This document shows, piece by piece, positions 52,799 through 64,000 of a DNA stretch of 64,000 nucleotides (position 1 is the stretch's first letter; the number at the start of each line of letters is the position of its first letter). The DNA lies in NCBI GenBank assembly GCA_040954595.2, contig CM082588.2:12351398-12415397 (forward strand), read 5' to 3'. The notes under the pieces were generated by a model. It was not told the origin of the DNA. It saw only the letters and a program-made list of their open reading frames with translations, and ran no database searches. This DNA comes from Balanoglossus misakiensis. Lineage: Eukaryota > Animalia > Hemichordata. The position numbers and the translations under genes are program-made.

Positions 52799-54784
52799 CA
52801 GTCTTCGGACTGAGCGCGATTCCCATTATCAAAACACCGCAAAGCATGCTGGGAAATTTCAGCACTCATTGACCTCTGTTATGGCGGCCAAGAACCCAGC
52901 GTACGTAGAGAGATTTCAATCCAATTTTTTTCCATGTTTTGAGAGTACTTGACAGATTTCGTTATCTTTGTGAAAATTATTGAAATAAAGCAATAAGAGA
53001 ATCAAAGAGATGAATTCGGTAGATTTGCGAAAAATAAAAATAAACGAGTTACCTTTGACCCCTTCTATTTTAGCCTTCAGAGGCATATACCAACTTTGAT
53101 TTTTTGTGCCTTTTCATCCAAAGCTTCAATGGACGAGAAAAAACGTGGTATATACTCTATTTCATTAGAACTTTGTTGGAAACTATCGTATATCATGATC
53201 AACGACTAAATAGAGACTGTGGGACGTCTCCAATTGTTGTTGTTAAATTGGCGATTTTGTAGCAAAATACCGTGATTTTGCCGTGTCGTAGTAAAAAAAA
53301 TCCAGACGCAAATGTCATGCAGAGTGTTTATTTTAATCACTCATCACCTCTTATGCTCATTTTTTCGTTCAGAACATCTTACCCGTAAATTCCACACTTT
53401 CTGACAGGGTCTTCCTGGCACACACTGTTTTTGGGTGAAAATGCAGTGATTTGTTTGATTTTTTGTGCCTTTTCATCCAAAGAGTGAAAACTATTCAAAC
53501 TCGAATTTCTGGGGTCATAGATACTTTATTGTTATCATACGAACCTATTTTAGCTAGTGCTAAGCCTCTAAAAAAATATGCAGCCACTCGAAGTGAGGCG
53601 TAAAACGTACTTTGTCGATATTTTGGTTATGAATGTTTGTGGGCCTTCAATCAATAATTTATCAGGTACGACCGTCCGCAGTGCCCAAATTACTTACGAT
53701 ACATGTTGTTATTTCGTAATCACACCGATCGAACACAGATACCTCGCGTGGATGCATGCACCATGTCGTTTTTCAACGGTTTTGTGAATTTAACACCAAT
53801 TTCAAGGGAAGTGCTTGCAGTCATGTATCCCACAATCAGCCAAAATAAGACCCCAACAGCGAAAAAAGAGACGCATCTGGAACAAACACGCATATTTACT
53901 TTCTCTTACTTCCGTAAGAACCGCGATTACATGCAGAATTACCCCCACTAGAGCCCATGTGTGTACCCTAATCACATGGGTCAGTCTCTGACACAGAGAT
54001 ATCAACACCCCTTTTATGACGTTCAAGCCTGATGACAGCATCATTGATCAATGGGTGGGTAGATATACTCATAACTGACATGATCTTATATATAAATATT
54101 CAGATATTTGTTTACAACAAACTTAGATGTATCGAATAAACTTTGAGCAAAAGCGTGAAGCCTTGCCTTTCTTGGCGGGAGATTGACGCATGTTGTTTAC
54201 GTTACCATGGCGCCATAGAAATAGTAACGCTATTTAGCATATCACGTGCACTAAATGACACCCACTGGTTGGCGTATTCAAAAGGTCATAACATTTTGGG
54301 GTCATCAGTCGGCAGACTGAAAGTCATTGAGAAATTGTGGTTTCTCGTCATTCAATTGAGGTTCATTGGTCAGAGAAAGTCGCCTGGGAATCGGCAGGCT
54401 TCGCTGCGTGCTGAATATGCTGAAATAATTGCACCAGCACCATTTTAGCAACCACGATCTGTCAAATTTTGGTCAGTTCCATAGGCATCGCCATGCAATT
54501 TGCAGTGTGGGGCTGGTAAATTCAAGTGTTGATGTTTTTTCTGAGTTAATTTTTGTAAAAAAATCACGTCGGTTTTTGGATTTGTCACAGCGAGTAAGGA
54601 ACTTAATGTCAGTTCTTTGTTAAAAGCTAAGCTCGCTGGATTTTTTTCGTGTTGGAGACACTGCGACTTGTAATTTCTGTTTCCGACCGTAATTTTCCGG
54701 ACACTCGACAGCGTAGTCAGCCTTTTTGAATACTTAATGAGTGATAATGGCCACGCCCACTTTGCGCGCTCAGTCCGAAGACTG
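52799..54784. mobile_element. 2.0-kb non-autonomous TIR element (CAGTCT termini, 3-bp TSD; Academ-like)
   Basis: 20-bp TIR CAGTCTTCGGACTGAGCGCG with TSD TAT. It splits the 3' half of a family B element (52741-52798 and 54785-54942). Confidence 0.85.
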
Positions 54785-55049
54785 TATGCCATTGGCAGCT
54801 TATGGGTCAGTCAGTGTTTGCCCATTGATCTCACGCTATGTGTGTGTTTGTCTGTCTGTCTGTATATGGAAATGTACTCCGGTGTAGACTTTTTCTTGTG
54901 TAATCCCTCAATGGGACAGCCGTGTCCTTGACGCGATTTTTTTCGATGGTAAAGTTGGACCTCTATAGAGGGGACCATTCCGAAGGGGGGGGGGGAAGGG
55001 TTAAAACTTAACCAATTCTCAATGATATTGATGGTGATGTACTTTGCAG

Positions 55050-55217
55050 GTGTGCGTTACATGTCCTCACAGTATTTAGCAGATAGCAGTCTGAGTGAAG
55101 AAATATGTCAGTTTGATCTCAACAGTACGTGGGGCATTCAGCAGTACCATAGGCAGAGACTGAGACAGAACACCCTCATCTAGTTCACAGGCAGCTCTGG
55201 GCAGATCGGAGTCACCG
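55050..55217 (+). pseudogene. PRKDC: DNA-PKcs exon (PQR autophosphorylation-cluster region), disrupted
   Basis: tgcag| GVRYMSSQYLADSSLSEEICQFDLN resembles human [23 protein letters not shown]. This frame hits TAG before the |gtaaga donor. Confidence 0.85.
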
Positions 55218-55303
55218 GTAAGATATGCAGATATGCAGTTTCGCTCTTTAGTAGTTGGCTGCTGGCACCGTACATTGGAAGTAAAAGTGATTAACCCTAT
55301 GAA

Positions 55304-56467
55304 TAGTGCAGGAGCTAAACCCCACATTTTGGCATAATTGTGCACTTTGGGTTAAAAGCATAAAACTTGGTACACTTATGCATTGACCCGTGGCGGCTGT
55401 TTTCTGATATGGATCCAAAATTACAGCGCCCTCTAGTGGCCAGAAAAAGACATTCATACTTAAAAATTGTGCACTTTGGGTTAAAAGCATGAAATTTGGT
55501 ACAATTATTCATTGACCCATGGCGGACATTTTCCAATATGGATCCCAAAAGACAGCGCCCTCTAGTGGCTAGAAACTGACATTTACACTTTTCCCTCCAT
55601 TAATGACACTTTTTGGGCAAGTTTAACACTCAGAGACAGGAATGTGGGTTGTAAAACATGCTTGCTCCCATACATTCCTTTGAATATTATCCTAATCCTG
55701 ATGTACATGCATCAGATCAATCTTGTATGTTACTAATTGAACGATTTGTTCTTCGAAATAACAACCAGTTCAATACACAAAGTCATGCAAAGGGGTAATA
55801 CAACACCTCTTCTCCAGAAAGTCAAGGGCTCTCGAGAATACAGGCAGCATCTAAAGAACATGTGCTGTGAGAAACCTAGCAAAGCTATATCAAACCAACA
55901 GAATCCCAGTGGAAATCAAGTTGGACAACTCTTAGTCAAGCCCAAGAAAAGAGTCAACCTCAGGAAATCAGTGGCCAAAAGTCATGCACATGATTCTGTA
56001 GGTGCTTTAGGTCTAGTCTGACAGCAGTGGTCATTGTTGCTGTGAAGGAAGATGTAATCAAGATTGATCTGATACATGTATATCAGGATTAGGATAATAT
56101 ACACATGAATGTATGGTAGCAAGCATGTTTTACAACCCACATTCCTGTTTCTGAGTGTTACAAATGACCAAAAAGTGCCATTAATGGGGGAAAGTGTGAA
56201 TGTCAGTTTCTGGCCACAAGAGGGCGCTGTCATTTTGGATCCATATCAGAAAATGGCCGCCATGGGTCAATGCATAAGTGTACCAAGTTTCAGGCTTTTA
56301 ACCCGAAGTGCACGGTTTTTAAGTATGAATGTCTGTTTCTGGCCACTAGAGGGCGCTGTCATTTTGGATCCATATCAGAAAATGGCCGCCATGGGTCAAT
56401 GCATAAGTGTACCAAGTTTCAAGCTTTTAACCCAAAGTGCACGATTTTTTTGTTAACTGCCCCACTA
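55304..56467. mobile_element. 1.16-kb non-autonomous Academ-type element, copy 2 (opposite orientation)
   Basis: Near-identical reverse complement of 13367-14529, with its own TSD GAA (55301-03, 56468-70). Confidence 0.85.
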
Positions 56468-56624
56468 GAATAGGCCCTACTGAGAAACAAGCACTTGGTA
56501 GCCTAACAGGCCTGGGTGCCAGGATTCTAGGCACCCCGGAAATCACAACAGTTTCAACCGACTTGGCAGCGTTTTTCCATTGGAATATTATCATGTTTGG
56601 CACATTATTTTTGCCCTGAATTTT

Positions 56625-58677
56625 TAGGGGACCAAGCGCCCTCAGGCGCTTGGTCCCCTTCTGTTATTGCTGGAGTTTTTCTTCTTTCTCCTTGAGTTGT
56701 TTTTTTTGCTCACGTTTTTCTCTGAAATTCCGGCAGCTGCGCCTATGAAATTTGGCACGGTGGTTGGGGCCCATGAGTACTGGTGCACCTGCCCTTTGAA
56801 TTTGTAATTAGTCACGTGACTTGGTCGCTATAATCGAGCGAAATTTTCAAATTGACCTAATTTGCACGTTAATGGGGGCATGTACATTCTTTTCACGATT
56901 TTTGTAGACCATGTGGCCAAAATCCCATGTGCCAAATTTCAAGGTCCTAGGCCACGTCGATTTTGAGAAGAAGATTTTTGTAATATTTTTCTCATTATTG
57001 GTGGGCTGAGGACGGACACTGGGGCATCGGACTTTGACCGTCATTACGTAATGTTCTGGAGATCTCATTAGCAGGCTACTCACTTCTGGCGGGTTGCAGT
57101 AGTCCTTGGAAAATCGGCTGAAATATGTAAACAGACCAGTGATTATTTTCAACGGAATTAATTTTTAGACAACACATTATCGGAGTTCAGGCTGTGTTAG
57201 GGCGTTTTATTGAATTACGCTGCGTTTGTTAGCTGTTGCCGTTCAAATGTTTCTATCCAGACCCGGCTACATTGGTTAACATTCAATGTAATGCGGCAGC
57301 GGACTTTGACCCTCAGTCGCTAATGTGGCTGAAATACGTCAGCAGACCAGTGATTTTCTTGCACGAAGGGAGTATGGTACCAGCAATAATCAGAGATCAG
57401 GCTTCGTTGCCGTTCAAAAGTTCCTACATGTACTTAAGTCGTGACGTTGCAACTGAATGTTCAGTATGGGGGTTGGCCCACAGGTGGCCGTGGGGGTTAT
57501 CAGGTCGCCCGTAATGGCACGCAGCTTCATGCAGCTGTATGGGACCAAAATAATACGCCCGATTCGAGGGTCACCTGTGACACCTGCGTAACTCAATTAT
57601 GTGCATGCGTAATTGTGGGGTCAATAAAAGGGATACTAGTGTGGTATTTGTTGCACATGGATCAATATGAAGTCCGATTTTCCTGTCAAGTTATGGGCGA
57701 CTTAATCTGACATTTCACCTACTTTTACTTACTGAGCATCCACAGCAGATGTATGCAGCTTTGGCGTGGGGGGGGGGGGGGGCATATACGGATGGGACCA
57801 TAATGATATACCAAAGGCGGGGTCACCTGTTGCACCTGCCTAAGTCATTGATTTTGGACATTTAATTGGACACTAACCAACAGGGCAATAGGTGTGGTTT
57901 TTTTCCACAGGGACGAATGTAAGTGTGAGTTTGTTTTTGCCCAAATGTATAAGTTGATTTGGATGACCTCTGTCCTACAGTGCCATAGCTCAGCCCGTTG
58001 TACAGGTGCAGCTTTGGTATTTGGAGGGATGACACTATCATGAAATGCCAAATACAGGGGGATACCTGCGACACCTGCTTGATTCATGTATTACGTGCAT
58101 ACCTAATGGTAGGCAAAGTGAAAGGGCTGCAAATGTAGGATTTGTTGCACATGACATAAACAGGAACGAAAATTTTTTGTCAAATTTTTGGGTGACCTCA
58201 GGTGTCCATTGACCTGCTTTCCATATGTTAGCACGCACATCATATATAGCCAGGTGTTTGGAGGGGTAGGGTAGGACCCTCTGCGTCATGAAATGCTAAA
58301 TTTCTTGGGGCACCTGTTACTTACTTGCGTAACTCATTATTATGGCCATATCTAATTTGACAAACCCAAACAGCGAGGATTTTCTGTTGTCTTGAATATG
58401 AACCAAATTTTGAATATAACCTAATTTTTGGCCCAATTTTTGGGTACCCTCAGCTGACCTTTGAAGTATACTTGCTGAAGAACTTACAACGTGGAAGTTC
58501 ACCTTTGGTTGTTGTGTTTGTACTTGTAAGACATCCATTTCGGGTGGTTGCCTACTTCCCCATATCTCCACATCCACAGCAAATACAGCCTACGCATTTG
58601 AATGGTACAACCCTGAATGGACTCTAATGGTTATTAACTCTATGCTTGGGCCCCTTCAATGCTGCTTGCAGCTTTAA
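56625..58677 (+). mobile_element. Solo Helitron2-type element (family C, related to the array family)
   Basis: 5' hairpin aggggaccaagcgcc-ctca-ggcgcttggtcccct, diverged body and subrepeats, 3' end gcttgggcccc..gctgcttgcagc. Confidence 0.75.
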
Positions 58678-58751
58678 TTAAATTTTGGGTAGTGTATCTC
58701 TTTAAGGTGGTATTGCATGAAAAGTTGTGATTTTTGCCAAATTTTACTTTT

Positions 58752-59338
58752 TAGGTCCCTTTGGTGGGACCTTATGGGATCGGTTGCGTCTGTATGTATG
58801 TATGGATGGATGGATGGATGTACAGTGTATGTCTGTATGTCAGTCCACATCAAAAACTTAAAAACCGCTGCATGTATCACCTTGATATTTGGTGTGCAGA
58901 TGCAGGCTCGGCTGTAGATGGGAGTTTGTTCAAATGAAGTTGTCATTGCCAAAAATATGCAAATTAGCTGGAAAAATGTGAATTTGGTCAAAACTCGGTA
59001 ACTCAAGAACTACTGGTCAGATTGCTTTGCAAAGTGGTGTGTATTTACTTTATTGAGTTGTTTTAATTAGGCAGGAAGTTCCCTGGTGTGATTGATTTAC
59101 ACAGCAAATTCCTGAATGATTGTATTGGCTAAGTTTTAAAGAGGCGAGCTGTTCTATTTAGTGTATGTACAGTACATATGCCATTGGCAGCTTATGGGTC
59201 AGTCAGTGCTTGCCCATTGATCTCTCGCTATGTGTGTGTGTGTGTGTCTGTCTGTCTGTATATGGCCATGTACTCCGGTGTAGACTTTTTCTTGTGTAAT
59301 AACGCAATGGGACCACCGTGTCCTTGACGCGATTTTTT
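58752..59338 (+). mobile_element. Helitron2-type family B copy
   Basis: Alignable to 22668-23277, including the 3' end aatgggaccaccgtgtccttgacgcg. Confidence 0.75.
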
Positions 59339-59669
59339 ACATAAATCGGTAGGTCTAATACTGATCCACATTCTGACTGATGCGTCTTGGCGGAAATGGT
59401 GCATAATCACCCCAAAATAGCACTTTTCTGAATGAGTCCACAGCTTAACAAATAGGTGTCAACAATGCAAATGTCCGTTTTTCTCAGTTTGCATTTTCGC
59501 TGCTCTTGACAACTTCAGAAGAATTTAGCTTCGCTCTGCATTGGCCGAATTTGCTCAAATTTTAACAGGGGATTGTGTATGACCCATCCAACAAAATAGG
59601 TCACTTGTTTAGCTTCATGACAAGAAGAAACTTGCATTTAAACCCCTCTGTTTCTTTCTATTTGGCCAG

Positions 59670-59818
59670 GAACCATCAGCCATTGTGAAAGAAGATTACA
59701 TGGAAATGGTTGGGAATGGATGAATTGAATCAACATGAATCAACATGAATGCATGGCCACTGTGACAGCCGTGTTGAAACACATGGAAAGAAATAACATC
59801 ATCCCTCAAGTGGAAAAG
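59670..59818 (+). pseudogene. PRKDC: DNA-PKcs exon, frameshifted
   Basis: gccag| EPSAIVKEDYME / MDELNQHE / CMATVTAVLKHMERNNIIPQVEK |gtaaat. A 10-bp duplication (gaatcaacat x2) and another indel break the frame. Human recalled as [22 protein letters not shown]. Confidence 0.85.
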
Positions 59819-60001
59819 GTAAATTGTCACCTGTTGATTTTGACAGGCCAAAAATTTGTGCTGATTGAAGCCTTTCATCCTTTGCTATAAAAGCCAGAAA
59901 GCCTTATCTTATAGTTGAAATGACTTGATCAAATGAAATCAAAATAGATATTGCCATAGAAAACATTTGCACAACACCAGGAATTTCAATTTATTAATTA
60001 A

Positions 60002-61527
60002 CCCTTAAAACGCCATGCCCGAATATATATTCGTACATGTCACACTGGCGCCCTCTGTCGCGCCCGAATATATTCGTACACAAGTCTCACTCATCCCCCC
60101 TCAGTTTAGAATGTGATTTCCCGCTATTTTGAAGTCCCCTGACAAAGATCTCCTTCTTATAACCTTTGAACCTTGTTTTCTACCATATATGGAATAAATC
60201 ATTACATCATCCATTCCCTAAATAGAAACTTGGGTTAATTTATGCGAACTTTTCTATGTTGGCAAACTTTATGAATGGAATGTAAAGGTCATGATCCCAA
60301 CGGCTGGCCGTCCTCGCGATACTAGGCAGTGTTTTGAAATGAAGGAATAGTAAACATGTTATTTTGTCCCCAAAATATTTTCAGATAATGATAAAAGAAA
60401 AGATTTGGTGATTTTTTGAAGTTTTGAGAAAAATATGATGTTAATATAGATCGAGTGTAAATTTTGAAGTAGGTCATAAGGTCACGAGACGAGGTCAAGA
60501 GACAGTGCAGATCGGAGGATCAGAAACTGCCATAAGAGTTCAAAAAGCTACGTAATTTTTGCCAACTACACCAAAATGGTCAAATGGCACATGATGTCAC
60601 CTACTGAAAGTAAAATTTGGTGTGTTTTTTATGTTTGATCTCTTATCCAGACGATCGAGGCCGGCCTTTTCGCATGTAAGTTTGTATGTCGGCCGATACA
60701 TGATTTTGACGGTTACGGTAAACAAATTTCACAGCATATCGCTGATCTCATTTTTATTCTTGTGGATGAGAGTATCATGAATTTCACTGTCCACTTTTCA
60801 AAAACACTTACAAAAAACTCTGCTAAGATATACTTCTGTTGAAAATACTCTTCAGTACAAATTAATATAGTTGCACATGCATTTACCCGCATGCGATATT
60901 GGGTAGTGACAGTGGTACGGTTAGACTTAGTTGTTATTTGTAAGTTGACACACAATTTATTTGAAATGAAGCAAAGATGTGGTCTATTTGTTTTTTCCCA
61001 GAGTATTGCAATGATGTTGTTTTGCCGTTTTTTTTATTATTTTGTTGATAACTTTTGTTTTTGATCTACATGTATTGAGTCATTTCAGGTCAATAGTAAA
61101 ATATTTTTATTTACATATGCAAATGTACGTTTGTTTATTGTTTGTTTATGTTTACCAAAATAAAATAAACAAAATGATGATTTCAAAATATGAAGATGCA
61201 CATTCTTAAAATGTTCTGCAAGTTTGACAGCAATTCAACAATTTGATTAAATTTTACAGCCTAATAAATATTTTCATAAATTTTTTGACCAAAAATGGAT
61301 GTTTTAGCCCTTTTTTACAGATTTTAGGTGACATAACATAGACATCAATATAACTGTTGGCTTCTCCGTTTTATGTAGATGGAAATTCATATAAGGTTTA
61401 CAGTTTTTTTTCACACAGACAGAGAACTATAGTCAGTTCAAATAGATGAAACATATCTTTGGTATGTTCTGAAAATATCTTGGCAGTGGGGAGAAGCAGT
61501 GCATCAAAGTCTATGGCATTGTAAGGG
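60002..61527. mobile_element. piggyBac-like non-autonomous element
   Basis: TTAA|CCCTTAAAACGCCAT ... ATGGCATTGTAAGGG|TTAA. Confidence 0.75.
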
Positions 61528-61698
61528 TTAAATTTGATTGAACAGAAACACATTTTGCATGTAATTATGCTTGGACATGTTTAGATTTAATAATAACATA
61601 ATTATCCATATTGCATACTAACAATGTTCAAACCTGATTATGAAAACCAAATTTTGGATCACTTTGCCATTAATTTTTTATGTTTAAAACACAAACAG

Positions 61699-61818
61699 GG
61701 GACAAAACCTACAGAGATGCCAGGATGGATGTCATATTTGAATAAAAAGCTGACCAGCTCATCTACTCATATCGATGTCAAGTTATTCATTATCAAGCTG
61801 ATTGTCAATACAGCAGAG
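61699..61818 (+). pseudogene. PRKDC: DNA-PKcs exon, open
   Basis: aacag| GTKPTEMPGWMSYLNKKLTSSSTHIDVKLFIIKLIVNTAE |gtaaaa resembles human LPSWMKFLHGKL..NIRLFLAKLVINTEE. Confidence 0.9.
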
Positions 61819-62842
61819 GTAAAAAAAATGGCAGAGTTTCAAGTTTGTTATTTGCACACAGAGATTAGATAGAAGACGAAGACTAGCAGTGATGGGTATA
61901 ATCATTTGAAAAGAAAGCAATGGGGGAAACAATTGAAAATGTGAAACTTGAAAAAAAACACGGATGAGAGAGGAAAGTCATAATGTCTTATTTTCATAAA
62001 TTTGCAAAATCTTTGATGAACTGCTGGTCAGTTCTTTTAAATTTTGTATGCAGGTTCCTGGGGCTAACCTAAGAAAGGTTTGTCCAAACTGTGCCAGCTG
62101 TGGTGAAATTTGTATTTTTGGGTCTTTGTGGTTTTTGGTTTACAAATTTTTTTCTAAAACTGCTTGTCTGAATTCTTTGACATTTGGTGTGCATGTTCCT
62201 GGGGGTGATCTAAGGAAAACTGGTTCAAAATCTGGGGTATCTTTTGAGCGATTTTTGCTGTTATTGTTACAAAAACCTTCTTCTCCGAGTCTGAAAATGC
62301 TTCTCTGTTCTTTGTAGTTTGGTATGCAGGTTCTTGGGGCTAACTTAAGTAAAGTTTGTGCAATTTGTGGTGAAATTTGGATATTTGTAATTTGGGACAA
62401 TGATGCTGTTTTTTGGTAAAAATTCTTCTTAGAATTGCTTGTTTGATCACCTTAAAATTTAGGGTGTGGGTACCTAGGGGTGATTCTACGTCAGATTGGT
62501 GCAAGTTTAGAAACATTTTGCCCTACTTTTATATTTTAATATAAAGGGTATCTTGATTTTGCCCTATTGCTCTGTTGTCAAGTTTTTCCTGTTCTCATGC
62601 GAAGTTGTTTATAAGTTTCACAGCAGTGTTGCATCAGCCACTAGATTGCTTGTCTGGGATTCTGTTTTGAATATGAATTGATCCAGTTTGTTTGTTGTTG
62701 ATGTATTTCACCTAGCCTGGACAGTGTCATTGATAGTTACTTGTTATGTTTTAAACAATGTGATATATTTATTCTGTACCAAAGCAGAGAAAAAACACAA
62801 TTGTAGGTGACAAGTAACTTTGAAACCATCATCTATTTGTAG

Positions 62843-62986
62843 GTTTTCCGTCCCTATGCAAAGTTTTGGTTCACACCATTGATGCAATGGTTGATAAGTG
62901 ATCAGACGTGTGGTCATGGAATCCATTACATGATCAGAGATGTCATAGTGGTTATGTTGATGTGGGCAACTACAGCAACGCCTGAG
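62843..62986 (+). pseudogene. PRKDC: DNA-PKcs exon, open
   Basis: tgtag| VFRPYAKFWFTPLMQ..GHGIHYMIRDVIVVMLMWATTATPE |gtaaga resembles human VFRPYAKHWLSPLLQ..GEGIHYMVVEIV. Confidence 0.9.
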
Positions 62987-63521
62987 GTAAGAATTAAAGA
63001 GACAAATAGATGATTGTATGATGTGAGAGTAAAAATCTCACTGAAATGAATAAATGGTGGAGACCGGTTATTTCAAGTCTGCAAGCGGGATAGAAGTTGT
63101 GTGTGGTTGAAAGTTGATTCGCAATATATCCACATGTACATTAACATAAAAGGTGTCTTGTATCAAACATAATAAATGGAAAAAGGGCAGCGAGAGAGAG
63201 ACTTTGTCCCTTTAAGAAATGCCCATGTTAATATTGCATATACAGCATCTTACTGTTTTGTGTTTCTGTGGATTATCAGATATTGCAAGTTAGAAAGTTT
63301 TTTCAACTTAAACTCTAAATTATAGATCAGCTTTGCTGTACTTTGGCAGATTTATTATAGTACTCATGAAGTAGAAAAATGAGAACCATATTTAACTGAA
63401 TAATTTATTGCAATCAAGGACTTCAAAATTTCATAAAATAGTGAAATAGACATTCATCATTTCAGAAACTGTTTTGTTTTATACAGACAACTAATTCCAT
63501 GCTGAAGGTTTCAATAATGTA

Positions 63522-64000
63522 CAGACCCGCCAATAAGTATTTACGCACCTTGAAAATGTACGTTTGACATGAAAAATTATTCACAAAATTGATCGACTGT
63601 AACTTATTTCCGAAAATAAATAACCTACGGAAGGTTTAACCCATTTTAGTCAACACAGATGTGTTGCCGCGCTGAATTTGACTGCATACGCGGCGAGTTT
63701 TCCGGCCAGTGAAAATTCCTATGGTTATTGCAATGGCGGTATACTCATTAAGATATCATTTGCATCTCATTAAGTTTTCGCACCATTGTTTCCGTGGCTA
63801 ATTTCCCTCTATTCGTATTTAAATCTCCACCAATCAGAGCTTTTAAATATAATTCCGATTAAATTTGAGGGGCGGGAAAATCTGCCAGACTTGCTTATGA
63901 ATATTCTGATCGAGGTTGTCGGAGGTTGCTGCATAATTTTTGTTTGTAGACATTGAATCAATGAAATCATGCCCAAAGTTCGCGAACTTCCTGAATTTGT
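63522..64000. mobile_element. Possible Tc1/mariner-type element left end, running off the window
   Basis: TA|CAGACCCGCCAATAAGTATT resembles Tc1-type TIRs; the partner TIR is not in the window. Confidence 0.3.

Noticed and set aside
13367-56467. One giant 43-kb element bounded by 1.16-kb inverted repeats
   Set aside because: Each repeat has its own matching TSD (ATA/ATA and GAA/GAA), so they are independent insertions.

Overview
AT-rich, repeat-dense eukaryotic genomic DNA from an invertebrate animal, probably a marine deuterostome-like lineage (inference). I found no intact host gene. Host-gene relics: four phase-1 calcium-binding EGF exons (two disrupted) and ten GT-AG exons of a DNA-PKcs (PRKDC) copy with frameshifts, stops and about 500 aa of the middle missing. 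The rest is layered transposons. A decayed AcademX element (about 3.0-11.0 kb) has an OTU deubiquitinase domain inside its transposase core and is interrupted by a Crypton-like element, a Transib-like MITE (5-bp TSD) and a Helitron2-type element. Several non-autonomous elements with YAG..CTR termini have 3-bp TSDs, and there are Zator-, Kolobok-, piggyBac- and Tc1/pogo-like MITEs plus L2 fragments. A 15.5-kb Helitron2/Helentron-type array (31.3-46.8 kb) has 14 stacked 5' hairpin heads and 10 bodies, which reads like repeated self-nested insertion. A 2.07-kb inversion between two inverted Zator-like copies is also visible. Family assignments come from reading motifs by eye and from remembered sequences, not from database searches.
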